A stretch of 43,575 nt of DNA from an uncultured Gammaproteobacteria bacterium (GTDB lineage Bacteria > Patescibacteriota > Microgenomatia > Levybacterales > GWA1-39-11). Under the pieces are notes generated by a model, which saw nothing but the letters and a program-made list of their open reading frames with translations, was not told where the DNA came from and did no database searches. The first letter of the stretch is position 1. Each line of letters starts with the position of its first letter. The position numbers and the translations under genes were made by a program. Below, piece by piece: positions 20,252 through 28,868 of the stretch. Location: the NCBI GenBank assembly GCA_964589835.1, contig CAZPUU010000002.1:1-43575 (forward strand). Direction: 5' to 3'.

Positions 20252-20542
20252 TTACTTTCCTCCTAGCCCTCCGAGTAACTCTTGCAGTCCTGCGCCCATT
20301 TGTTGCATTTTTTGCGCGCTCTTTTTTTGTGCTTTATCGACGGCTTCGTTGACAGCATCCCGTGCGTCCTTCATTTCTTCACCGTTGATTTCGACAGATT
20401 TTACTTTCATATCCCCCGTCATAACAATTCTTACCCGTCCCTTTTCAGCTTCAACTTCAATTTGCGATAGTTCGTCTTGGATTCTTTTTGCCTGATCACG
20501 AAGTTTTTTTATTTCTCCTGCTTGTTTGAATGGATTTATCAT
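20252..20542 (-). CDS. ybaB: YbaB/EbfC-family nucleoid-associated protein
   Basis: 96 aa. Typical YbaB layout (KKLRDQAKRIQDEL...VRIVMTGDMKVKSVEI...). Confidence 0.85.
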   Translation of the reverse strand: MINPFKQAGEIKKLRDQAKRIQDELSQIEVEAEKGRVRIVMTGDMKVKSVEINGEEMKDARDAVNEAVDKAQKKSAQKMQQMGAGLQELLGGLGGK

Positions 20543-20646
20543 GTTTTAAAACACCCCCCTTCGCCAAGGCTCCGGTGGGCATGGCCTCCAAATAACCTTA
20601 ATGGCTAGGATTTATATTACAAAATGCGAATCAATAACACAAGGCG

Positions 20647-21624
20647 TTAGAAAAGATGGGTTTCGGAAAGTTTGGCTCCATCTGCAGGGTTATTTGGAAT
20701 AATTTTTATAACGAAAGGCAACTGCTTGAGCTTCTCCACCAGCTGATTTTCGTCTTTCCCCTCGACAATGAGATGAATATTTTGTCCGGTATTAAGCGTA
20801 AAATATACTTGCAACCCTTCACTCCTCCATTTTTTGACCAGTCTCATAATTCTTAAAGTCTCAGGAAGTAAATATATAAGTGACGGGTGAGAAGTAAGCA
20901 TTATTGAATGAAGCTCTAACGCCTCGGATTCCAGTAATTCACCAAATGCTTCAAAGTCCTTTTTTAAAAGAAGATTTCTACACTCTTCTATTTTCTGCGG
21001 CATATGTTTCCTTCTCACCTCAAAGAACTGGCTTTCCTGCGCTCCCTTTTGACCTTCGCTCGTTGGAACTTCCTTCACCTCGGTACTGACAACGGCAACA
21101 ACATCGACTATGTTCCAATATTTCTTCGGGTATAGTGAATAAGCGTACGACTCTTCACTGCTATTCCCATCCCTCCATTCGACAAATCCATCCGGAATTG
21201 ACCTGCAAGCCGATCCCGATCCCTGACGGGCCAAAATACTGAGCTCTTTTTCAGAAAGATCTAATCCCGCAGCTTTCGTACCGGCCATTGTAAGCGCCGC
21301 GTATCCTGAAGCGGAAGATGAAAGACCCGTTCCTGAGGGAAAATTATTCTTCGTTACGATTTTGACGGGCGTTTTTTTATTTGCGAGTTTTCTAATCCTA
21401 TCTATATGCGCGATTGCGCGGTTGCCGTGAATTTCTTCCTCCGTTCCATTATAGGTAAGGCTATCTTTTTTAAATTTGGAGGAAAACTCAACGGTTGTTG
21501 TCGTCAGAAGATTTGATAAATTCATCGAGATACTGCCATTTTCAGGCAATCTGAGGATTTCATCTTTCCTTCCCCAATATTTGATAAATGCTATGTTTGA
21601 TGGTGCGATACTTGTTGCTTTCAT
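20647..21624 (-). CDS. mvaD: diphosphomevalonate (or phosphomevalonate) decarboxylase
   Basis: 325 aa. APSNIAFIKYWGRKD and GLSSSASGYAAL, the GHMP-type MVD signatures. Last gene of the operon. Confidence 0.85.
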   Translation of the reverse strand: MKATSIAPSNIAFIKYWGRKDEILRLPENGSISMNLSNLLTTTTVEFSSKFKKDSLTYNGTEEEIHGNRAIAHIDRIRKLANKKTPVKIVTKNNFPSGTGLSSSASGYAALTMAGTKAAGLDLSEKELSILARQGSGSACRSIPDGFVEWRDGNSSEESYAYSLYPKKYWNIVDVVAVVSTEVKEVPTSEGQKGAQESQFFEVRRKHMPQKIEECRNLLLKKDFEAFGELLESEALELHSIMLTSHPSLIYLLPETLRIMRLVKKWRSEGLQVYFTLNTGQNIHLIVEGKDENQLVEKLKQLPFVIKIIPNNPADGAKLSETHLF

Positions 21625-22121
21625 AATATTCCCAGTTCCTCAAAACTCCGTATTGCGGTCGGTGCAATCTGAGATCTTAAAGACTCAACATCCTGAGGAG
21701 CTACATATTCTACTGTTTCTACTTCACTTGCGTTAAGCTTCAGCTCTCCTTCAAATTTTCCCGTAAAAAGCGCGACATACTCGGATTCTAGTGTGTTTTT
21801 AAGTAAAAATTTAGTTTTAAATTCCAGAGGAACGTCGAGCCCAATTTCTTCAAACAGCTCCCTTTTTGCGGTTGATTCGTATGACTCTCCTTTATCTACA
21901 TGCCCTGACGCACTCACTGTAAAGTATCCGGGGTAAAGATCTTTGGTCATACTCCTTTTTTGCATCAAAACTTTACCCTCGTTGTCAAAAAGTACGATCT
22001 GAACACTTCTGTGAATAAGACTCTTGTCTGAATGGCATTCTCCCCTCGTCCTATAATCCACGACATTATCATTTTCATCGACAACAATAAATAGCTCGTT
22101 TTGGTTATCTGTTGTTTTCAT
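21621..22121 (-). CDS. IDI type-1-like Nudix protein (catalytic Cys position is Ser)
   Basis: 166 aa. Gapless alignment by eye to E. coli Idi: PGYFTVSASGHVDKGES versus [17 protein letters not shown]. ExE retained (LESEYVALF). 4-nt ATGA overlaps on both sides. Confidence 0.7.
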   Translation of the reverse strand: MKTTDNQNELFIVVDENDNVVDYRTRGECHSDKSLIHRSVQIVLFDNEGKVLMQKRSMTKDLYPGYFTVSASGHVDKGESYESTAKRELFEEIGLDVPLEFKTKFLLKNTLESEYVALFTGKFEGELKLNASEVETVEYVAPQDVESLRSQIAPTAIRSFEELGIL

Positions 22122-23092
22122 TTTTCAATTCTAACACCCTGCGCGTTTGTTTTGACTTTTAAAATCTCTCCTCCGGCATTTTCGATGGCTTTTTTGATGT
22201 GTGACATTTTGTCATCCGGACCAAGCGCAATCATACAATCCCCTCCTCCGGCACCTGAAAGTTTCGCACCATACGCTCCATTTGTTATCGCACTTGATAT
22301 TATGTCATCCAATTTTGAAATACTTACTCCAAGCTCTGAAAGCAATTTTTGATTGTCATTCATAAGCCTTCCCACCTGATCCCATTTTTCCAAAACGACA
22401 TACTGTTTTGCCTTATCAACAATGGATGCTACTTCATCATATATTTGCTCAAGTCTTTTTTTATTTCCGGAAAATTTTTCTGCAACTTTGTCGATAAGAA
22501 TTACCGTATCTGCTTTTATTCCGCTGTATCCAATTATAAGCGGGATGTTTTTGATCTTTAGAGATTCTATTGTCTTTCCGCCGGTTACAAAATAAAGCGT
22601 CCCGCCAAAAACAGCTGACGCCACATCAAACCCGGATCCTTTTTTTTGGACATCCAATACCGTTTTATATGCACTATCAAAAATTTGTCTTTGCGAAAGC
22701 TTTAATGCAAATAACTCCGACAATGCTTTTACGGTACAAACAGTCGAGGCGGATGATGAGCCAAATCCGAATTTTGAGGAGAATTCCGAACGGGTTGAAA
22801 CAGCAAGCCCATTTACTTCAATCTTGTATTCGGCGAGCACATTTTTGACAGCAATTTCAATAAATTGAGCCCCTTTTGGGATTTCACCAATACCCAAACT
22901 CTTTATTGGTTTTGAATAATTTGAAACTTCCACTTCCGGAGCATTGAGAACAAACATTCCGGAATTGTTTTTCTCAACCGTTACAAACATCCTCTGATCA
23001 ACCGAGGTCACTATACACGGGCGTCCATACACAACAGCGTGCTCCCCAAAAAGCATCAATTTCCCCGGCGCACTAACGGTAATTTTATTCAT
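22118..23092 (-). CDS. mvaK2: GHMP kinase, probable phosphomevalonate kinase
   Basis: 324 aa. APGKLMLFGEHAVVYG, GFGSSSAST, GSGFDVASAVFGG and LSGAGGGDCMIAL. The MVK-specific HGxPSGxD motif is absent. Confidence 0.55.
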   Translation of the reverse strand: MNKITVSAPGKLMLFGEHAVVYGRPCIVTSVDQRMFVTVEKNNSGMFVLNAPEVEVSNYSKPIKSLGIGEIPKGAQFIEIAVKNVLAEYKIEVNGLAVSTRSEFSSKFGFGSSSASTVCTVKALSELFALKLSQRQIFDSAYKTVLDVQKKGSGFDVASAVFGGTLYFVTGGKTIESLKIKNIPLIIGYSGIKADTVILIDKVAEKFSGNKKRLEQIYDEVASIVDKAKQYVVLEKWDQVGRLMNDNQKLLSELGVSISKLDDIISSAITNGAYGAKLSGAGGGDCMIALGPDDKMSHIKKAIENAGGEILKVKTNAQGVRIEK

Positions 23093-24032
23093 AATTTTCT
23101 ATTCTTACCCCATCTTTGACTATTTTCAGAGCAAAATTTTTCCATGTGTTTTTCTTACAATAGCCAAGCACTTCTTTGTCTTTTGTGAACCCTGTCACAA
23201 TTACTCCCGAACCTGTTTTTATCCCTCCCCCACCCGATATTTTTGCAGCAAATCCCTGTTTCTTTAATTTTGCAATAATTCCCCGGGCATTCTTCCCTAC
23301 AACTCCGGTTTTTTCAAGATTTACTTGAGCCTCGGAAAGACCTTTTTCAAACTCCTTCACGTCTCCCGAAATAAGACTGTCTGCCATTTTTTTCGTAAGA
23401 TTCTCTTGATCTTTAACAAATTGCAGAATCAACTTAGGATTTTTTTTCATTTTTTCGCCGACAAAGGCAACCATTTCTTTTGTTGATTCACTCGGTTTTC
23501 CCGTGTCAATAACGATGAATTTTGAAGGAATTTTAGATGACATAGCAATTTTTTTTACCAGCTTTATTTGTTCCGTTTCTTTCCGGAAATAAATAACCCC
23601 ACCATAAACACAGGCAGCTAGATCTCCCCCTGAAGGATTCCCATGAAAAACTTTTTCCCCTTCGTACGCGGCAGAAAAAATCTCATCAATCCCAACGGGT
23701 AATTTATGCAGCTCAAAGAGCGCTCCTGCCATGGCGGCAGAAATGGCCGCTGACGATCCCATTCCACGCCCGACCAAAAGATCTCCGGCAACTTCGATCA
23801 ACAACCGTTCAACCGGAATTCCATAATTTTGCTTTAGGAATTTTTGGATCGCAAATAACGCTTGATACAGCTTTTTCTCCCGTACCGGAAATGATCTTCC
23901 CGAAGTCCGTGTTAGCTTAACCGAAATTCGCTTGCTGATGGCGATCAAAATTGCAGGCGCACCATATACAGATGAGTGCTCTCCTATCAAATGGATTTTC
24001 CCGGGTGCAGATGCTACAGCGACATTTCTCAC
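23085..24032 (-). CDS. mvk: mevalonate kinase
   Basis: 315 aa. APGKIHLIGEHSSVYG, GMGSSAAISAA and the MVK-type EGEKVFHGNPSGGD motif. The C-terminal glycine-rich motif is divergent (KISGGGGIKTGSG). Confidence 0.65.
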   Translation of the reverse strand: MRNVAVASAPGKIHLIGEHSSVYGAPAILIAISKRISVKLTRTSGRSFPVREKKLYQALFAIQKFLKQNYGIPVERLLIEVAGDLLVGRGMGSSAAISAAMAGALFELHKLPVGIDEIFSAAYEGEKVFHGNPSGGDLAACVYGGVIYFRKETEQIKLVKKIAMSSKIPSKFIVIDTGKPSESTKEMVAFVGEKMKKNPKLILQFVKDQENLTKKMADSLISGDVKEFEKGLSEAQVNLEKTGVVGKNARGIIAKLKKQGFAAKISGGGGIKTGSGVIVTGFTKDKEVLGYCKKNTWKNFALKIVKDGVRIENYE

Positions 24033-24337
24033 AGTGGTCTGAATTTTATCACATATGGAATAACGTCCTTCTTGCCCTCCGTACGTCCTCGCCTGATTAC
24101 AGCGACAACCTTTTGCCCGATTTTCAATTCACTCTCATGATAATCGGTAATTTGCGCTATTAATTTTATCCCGCCTGAGAGTTTAATGATCGCAACCGGA
24201 TACGGTGCGTATTGTACAAATCCCATTGGCGCGACTCTCACCAATGTAATGCTCTCGATAACTCCTTTCTTTCCAATAAGAGAAGAAATTTTTTCTTTCC
24301 TTCTCCAAATTTTGACGGGCGTATTGGTAATGCTCAT
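24029..24337 (-). CDS. DUF35-like OB-fold protein (thiolase/HMGS scaffold family), lacking the Zn ribbon
   Basis: 102 aa, positioned between the thiolase and MVK genes with ATGA overlaps. OB-fold-like C-terminal sequence. Contains no cysteine at all. Confidence 0.55.
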   Translation of the reverse strand: MSITNTPVKIWRRKEKISSLIGKKGVIESITLVRVAPMGFVQYAPYPVAIIKLSGGIKLIAQITDYHESELKIGQKVVAVIRRGRTEGKKDVIPYVIKFRPL

Positions 24338-25482
24338 ATTTTAAGAATGTGGACAGCGGCAACAGCACCGGACCCGCCTACGTTGTGGGTGAGTCCTACT
24401 TTTGCTTCTTTTACTTGACGTTTTCCGGCAACTCCTTCAAGTTGCATGGCAATTTCAATAATTTGCTTGATACCCGTGGCCCCCACAGGATGTCCGCACG
24501 CCTTCAGCCCGCCTGAGGGGTTGACAACCAGTCCACTGCTTCCCAATGTCATAAGCCCATCTTTAATATCCAGAACCCCCCTGCCTTTTTTTGAAAAAGA
24601 CAAATCCTCAAGTGCAATTGCTTCTGCTATCGAAAAACAATCGTGCACTTCCGCAACGTCGATGTCCGTATGCTTGAGTTTTGATTCCTGATATGCTTTT
24701 TTTGAAGCCACAACCGCCGACTTGAGAGTAGTCAAATCCTCTCTCCCACAAAGACCTATCGAGTCGGTACCGATTTGACTTGCAACTATTTCAACACCTT
24801 TTGATTTTGCGAGCAGTCTTTGGTCGGACGTAATAATTACTGCCGACGCTCCGTCGGTTATGGGAGAACAATCAAGAAGCTTTAATGGATCTGCGATTTT
24901 TGCACTTTTCATGACAGTTTCAACCGTTATGATATTTCGGAATTGTGCCTTCGGGTTAAAACTTCCGTGAAAGTGATTTTTTACCGGAATTGAAGCCAGA
25001 TCCCCTTCAGAAATACCATATTTTTGCATGTATGAGGATGCGATCAAAGCGTACAGTCCGGCGAACGTTAATCCCGCTACTCTTTCCTCGTCACTTCCGG
25101 CAGCCATTAGCGCTGCAACAACCTCGTCCTGTGGATGATCGGTCATTTTTTCAATTCCCAAAACCATAACCGTTTTGTAGACACCTGCTTTAACGCTCTG
25201 CATTGCGTTGTGCAAAGCAACACTCCCGGACGCGCACGCTGCCTCGACTCGCACCGAAGGGACAAATGAACCCAACTCCTCGGCATAAAAACTCGCCAAA
25301 TTAGCTTGATTGCCCAAAATTCCCGAAAGCATGTTTCCGACATATAACGCCTCTATTTTGCCTGCCTCAAGCCCGGCATGTTTGAGAGATGTCGTCATGA
25401 CCTCCTGAGCCAGATCCCGCGGAGAACGGTCCCATAACTCTCCGAATTCACTTGTAGAATATCCGATGATTCCTATTTTCAT
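24334..25482 (-). CDS. acetyl-CoA acetyltransferase (archaeal/SCP-x-type thiolase)
   Basis: Start at ATG 25480-25482 (MKIGIIGY...), which forms an ATGA overlap with the HMGS stop. Nucleophile context VEAACASGS; C-terminal GHPVGATG and HNVGGSG. Confidence 0.85.
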   Translation of the reverse strand: MKIGIIGYSTSEFGELWDRSPRDLAQEVMTTSLKHAGLEAGKIEALYVGNMLSGILGNQANLASFYAEELGSFVPSVRVEAACASGSVALHNAMQSVKAGVYKTVMVLGIEKMTDHPQDEVVAALMAAGSDEERVAGLTFAGLYALIASSYMQKYGISEGDLASIPVKNHFHGSFNPKAQFRNIITVETVMKSAKIADPLKLLDCSPITDGASAVIITSDQRLLAKSKGVEIVASQIGTDSIGLCGREDLTTLKSAVVASKKAYQESKLKHTDIDVAEVHDCFSIAEAIALEDLSFSKKGRGVLDIKDGLMTLGSSGLVVNPSGGLKACGHPVGATGIKQIIEIAMQLEGVAGKRQVKEAKVGLTHNVGGSGAVAAVHILKI

Positions 25483-26522
25483 AAAAGATGTAAAAATGTT
25501 TTTTTCAAAAAATCGATGTACGAGATGTACTCGACGTTCTGACAATACGAAGCAAAAGTTACCGCCTTTTTTTGTTTGGGTAAAATATTTTTTGTTGTTT
25601 CAAATATAAATGCGTCAGATCCTGCCCCCGATCCGTAGGAAACAAAAAATATTTTCTGCCCGGGTTTTGCAATATCAAGAACTGCCGCAAGACCCGTGAG
25701 CGTCGAGGCAGAATACGGATTTCCTATCTGATCAACAATTAAAGACGGGGCGAGTTGCTCCGGTGTAAATCCGAGGCTTACTGCAACAGACCGGGGGAAT
25801 TTGCCGTTGGGCATATGAAAAACACAGTAATCAAAATCCTGAGGTTTGCTTTTTGTTTTTTCAAAGAGTCTTTTTGCCGCACCTATGACGTGAGTAAAAT
25901 ATGCAGGTTCTCCGGTAAATCTTCCCGCGTGTGACGGAAATTTCATCCCTTCCCTTCTCCAGAAATCAGGAGTATCGGAAGAGAAAGAAACGCTATCAAC
26001 AACTTTAGCGATTACTTCCTCAGGTTTTCTACCTAAAATATACGCTGCTGCTGCAGATGCGGCGGTGTACTCGAGCGGGTCATGAGGTTTTGCTTGCGCG
26101 GTATCACTCCCGATAACAAGTCCGTAATCAATAGCTTTACTGTCAACATGTGATGCGGTCAGTTGAAGGGCTGCTGTTGCTGCCTTGCAGGCAAATTCAA
26201 AATCCGCAGCGGAAAAGAGTCTGCCGACACCTAAAAAGTCAGCGATAATTGTTGAGGTTGGATTGACGACGTACGGATGGCTCTCAGACCCTACATATAC
26301 TGCCCCGAGCTTTGATGCAGAAATTCCCCCGACAGCAAGCGCATGCTTGGCTGCTTCAATTCCCATTGTGACCGCGTCTTCATCCTCGCCGGGAACCGCT
26401 TTTTGTGTTACTTTCAGGCCTCCGATTATTTCTCTCGCATCTTTTTTCCAGACGGATGCGATATCCTCTGTCCGGATTCTGTATTTTGGAACATACACAC
26501 CGTATCCGACAATTCCACTCAT
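25479..26522 (-). CDS. HMG-CoA synthase, archaeal type
   Basis: 347 aa. GIVGYGVYVPKYRI N-terminus, Cys context FEFACKAAT, HMPNGKF. The short length is typical of archaeal-type HMGS. Confidence 0.85.
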   Translation of the reverse strand: MSGIVGYGVYVPKYRIRTEDIASVWKKDAREIIGGLKVTQKAVPGEDEDAVTMGIEAAKHALAVGGISASKLGAVYVGSESHPYVVNPTSTIIADFLGVGRLFSAADFEFACKAATAALQLTASHVDSKAIDYGLVIGSDTAQAKPHDPLEYTAASAAAAYILGRKPEEVIAKVVDSVSFSSDTPDFWRREGMKFPSHAGRFTGEPAYFTHVIGAAKRLFEKTKSKPQDFDYCVFHMPNGKFPRSVAVSLGFTPEQLAPSLIVDQIGNPYSASTLTGLAAVLDIAKPGQKIFFVSYGSGAGSDAFIFETTKNILPKQKKAVTFASYCQNVEYISYIDFLKKTFLHLL

Positions 26523-27643
26523 TTTTCCTTTCTCCTTCCGAGGCTTTTATGAGCTTTTCCTAAAGTTCCGGTCGCAATTGCAGACAACAGTGATATTTCA
26601 CCGGCAACAACCGCTCCTCCTATAATTTCTGCCAATTCGACAGATTTTGAGGTTTTCTTAATTCCCATGATCTCAAGTGCATGCCTCTGGGTCGGCAGTA
26701 CCGTTCCTCCACCGACTACTCCCACAAGAAGAGCAGGAATATTTACACTGACATACAAACTCTTACCCTTCACCATACACGTTGTTATTCCCATGCTTCC
26801 TTCAACAACATGTGAAGGATCCTGACCGGTTGCTATAAAAATCGCTGCGATAATATTCGCAAAATGGCTGTTGTATCCCAAAGAACCGCTCGCGTAGGAA
26901 CCTATCATGCATTTTGCGAACCACACATCATATACACGTTGAGCAGTCACATGCAGTACATCTCTTAACACTTTCTCAGGAATTTCACACTCGGCAAGTA
27001 CTTCAAATCCTCGGCCGTCAATGGTATTTAGATATGCGGGTTTTTTGTCTATATCGAAATTCCCCGCAACGGCTAGGCACTTAGCTTCGGTCTTTTTCTC
27101 GATGAGTGCAACAATCGCCTCGGTAGCCAAAGTTACCATGTTCATCCCCATAGCATCCTTTGTATCAAATGAAAATCTGACGAACGACATATTTCCTATG
27201 ACTTTTACCTTGGCCCCCAGATACGAAATATGTGAAGAAACACTTGAGGAAGCGTCTGAAATTGATTTACTATTCCCCTCCACCCATTTTTTGAAAGCTA
27301 TTCCTTCTGCTACACCACCCGTCTCAAAAACCGGACCCCGCGTCTGACCGTGCATGACAACAACACTTTTCACCCCTCCACTCAACAAAATTGCCTTGCA
27401 ACCACGGTTGACCGAAGCGACAAGTGCACCTTCTGTTGTGGAAAGAGGAATGTATCTTTCTTTTTTGTTTACTGAAATTGGTCCGGCAACTCCAACCGGC
27501 ACCCTGACTGCGCCTATGAGATTTTCACAATGAACTCTGTCATCATTTTCGAGGTTCTCGTCGGAAAGATCCGACAACTTGATGCGTAATTCTGTTTCGA
27601 GAAATTCGCGGCGTTTTGCCGATGTGAAGTTGCGCAAACTCAT
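26519..27643 (-). CDS. hmgA: HMG-CoA reductase (class I-like motifs)
   Basis: 374 aa. TTEGALVASVNRGCKA, DAMGMNMV and VGVVGGGTVL. First gene of the operon. Confidence 0.9.
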   Translation of the reverse strand: MSLRNFTSAKRREFLETELRIKLSDLSDENLENDDRVHCENLIGAVRVPVGVAGPISVNKKERYIPLSTTEGALVASVNRGCKAILLSGGVKSVVVMHGQTRGPVFETGGVAEGIAFKKWVEGNSKSISDASSSVSSHISYLGAKVKVIGNMSFVRFSFDTKDAMGMNMVTLATEAIVALIEKKTEAKCLAVAGNFDIDKKPAYLNTIDGRGFEVLAECEIPEKVLRDVLHVTAQRVYDVWFAKCMIGSYASGSLGYNSHFANIIAAIFIATGQDPSHVVEGSMGITTCMVKGKSLYVSVNIPALLVGVVGGGTVLPTQRHALEIMGIKKTSKSVELAEIIGGAVVAGEISLLSAIATGTLGKAHKSLGRRKEK

Positions 27644-27800
27644 GGAAATAAAAAAATAAAGGGAACTACTCCCTTTTGCACCCGTTAGTATATACTCTCA
27701 TGCCCGTTATTTGCAACAAAGCGCATGTAGCCTCGTACAGTATGGAATAAACAACTTCACAACTTTCTGGAATTATACGAATGCTTAGTCTACAATACTA

Positions 27801-28355
27801 ATGATGAATTTATCCGTCGATTATTACAAGCAAAAAATTATGATCGCCCGCTGCAATAGGCAGGGGGAAATATTGGGTGAGATAGAACGTTGGGAGGCAC
27901 ACGAAAAAGGGATCTTGCACCGGGCATTTACTGTCGCGATCATGTACCGGGGAGACATTGTCTTGCAGCACCGCAAACATCCCGTCTTTGATGGGGTTAT
28001 TGATGTGACCTCATCCTCACATCAAATATACAAAAATGAGGTTCTTCAAGACACAATTGAGGCTACCTATAATTGCCTTGAACGCGAGTGGGGAATTGTT
28101 AAAAAAAATCTTTCAAAACAGCCTGAAGATATGGGGTGGGTATATTACAAGGCCAAAGACAAGTTTAGCAAGTATACCGAGCACGAAATATGCAACGTTG
28201 TTATCTGCGAAGTAAAAGCGCTTCCGTCGCCGAATTTTGAAGTTTCGTATGGGTATTCCGTCGCCTCACCAAAAGAAATCAAAAAGACCTCGTCGCGCCT
28301 TTATCAAAACCTTGCCCCTTGGGTAAAGGCTATGATACGAGAAAAAATGATTTAA
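27801..28355 (+). CDS. second IDI type-1-like Nudix protein (Cys position is Ser)
   Basis: 184 aa. [14 protein letters not shown] (LHxAFS hallmark), [12 protein letters not shown] aligned to [20 protein letters not shown] aligned to ENEVCPVF. Divergent from the mevalonate operon. Confidence 0.6.
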   Translation: [184 protein letters not shown]

Positions 28356-28397
28356 AATTCCCAGAGAATACAACTCCACAATTTTCATCCTATAGGT

Positions 28398-28425
28398 TTG
28401 AATTTAAACGACTCAATGGTATAAT
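28398..28425 (+). promoter_or_regulatory. sigma70-like promoter of the GC-rich islet
   Basis: TTGAAT (28398-28403), 16-nt spacer, TATAAT (28420-28425). A second TATAAT lies at 28431-28436. Confidence 0.45.
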
Positions 28426-28568
28426 CACTCTATAATTTTGGTCTTGAGAGCATACTGCAAGCTCTTAAAGAGCAAAATGCACATTAAAAAGTTGCGGATT
28501 TTGTGAGTGGCATTTTGTACAGGACAACGTGTATGAAATGCCACTCATACGTGGCGAGAGGACACCAA

Positions 28569-28868
28569 ATGTCAGTCGTCATCGACACACAAGGATTCGA
28601 AAACGTACTGAAGTGCAGCCCTTGCGGCAAGCACTTCGGTTACCATGACCATGAGGTCGAGCACTGGCATCCGGAAGGCGAAACGTTCCACAGCAATTGT
28701 GGGATTCTCGTCAACTGCCCTTCGTGCGGAACCCGAAACTTCATCCCGCCGCTTGAGCGGCACCGGTATCTCGGCGCGACGTCGCCGGCAAGACTGGTGA
28801 ACCGTCCCAACCAGACCAGGACTCCCGTCCCGGCCGCAGTCGACCGTTACGGAGAACACCAAACTTGA
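28569..28868 (+). CDS. small zinc-ribbon-like protein
   Basis: The ATG at 28569 is preceded by GAGAGGA 6 nt upstream. CSPC...CPSC cysteine pairs. GC-rich codon usage. Its stop TGA overlaps the next ATG (TGATG). Confidence 0.45.
   Translation: MSVVIDTQGFENVLKCSPCGKHFGYHDHEVEHWHPEGETFHSNCGILVNCPSCGTRNFIPPLERHRYLGATSPARLVNRPNQTRTPVPAAVDRYGEHQT

Noticed and set aside
20551-20590. GC-rich patch upstream of ybaB as a possible SRP (4.5S) RNA, since ffs often neighbours dnaX-ybaB.
   Set aside because: No GGAA/GNRA tetraloop helix or conserved AGCA/GGUCC motif occurs on either strand, and I could draw no convincing hairpin. The patch is also too short.
20647-27643. Possible alternative genetic code (TGA as a sense codon, as in some candidate-phylum bacteria), prompted by the RF1-type release factor and the open frame past the TGA at 4903.
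   Set aside because: Six mevalonate-operon genes (ends at 21621, 22118, 24029, 24334, 25479 and 26519) terminate at TGA exactly within ATGA overlaps with the next start. Long ORFs are also intact under the standard code. TGA therefore functions as a stop here.
27801-27818. The IDI-like gene begins MMNLSV, resembling the ychF start MNLSVG, which suggested a fifth ychF-start remnant.
   Set aside because: Nucleotide identity is limited to ATGAATTT plus scattered positions, and there is no flanking similarity. It is probably coincidence, though worth a computed check.
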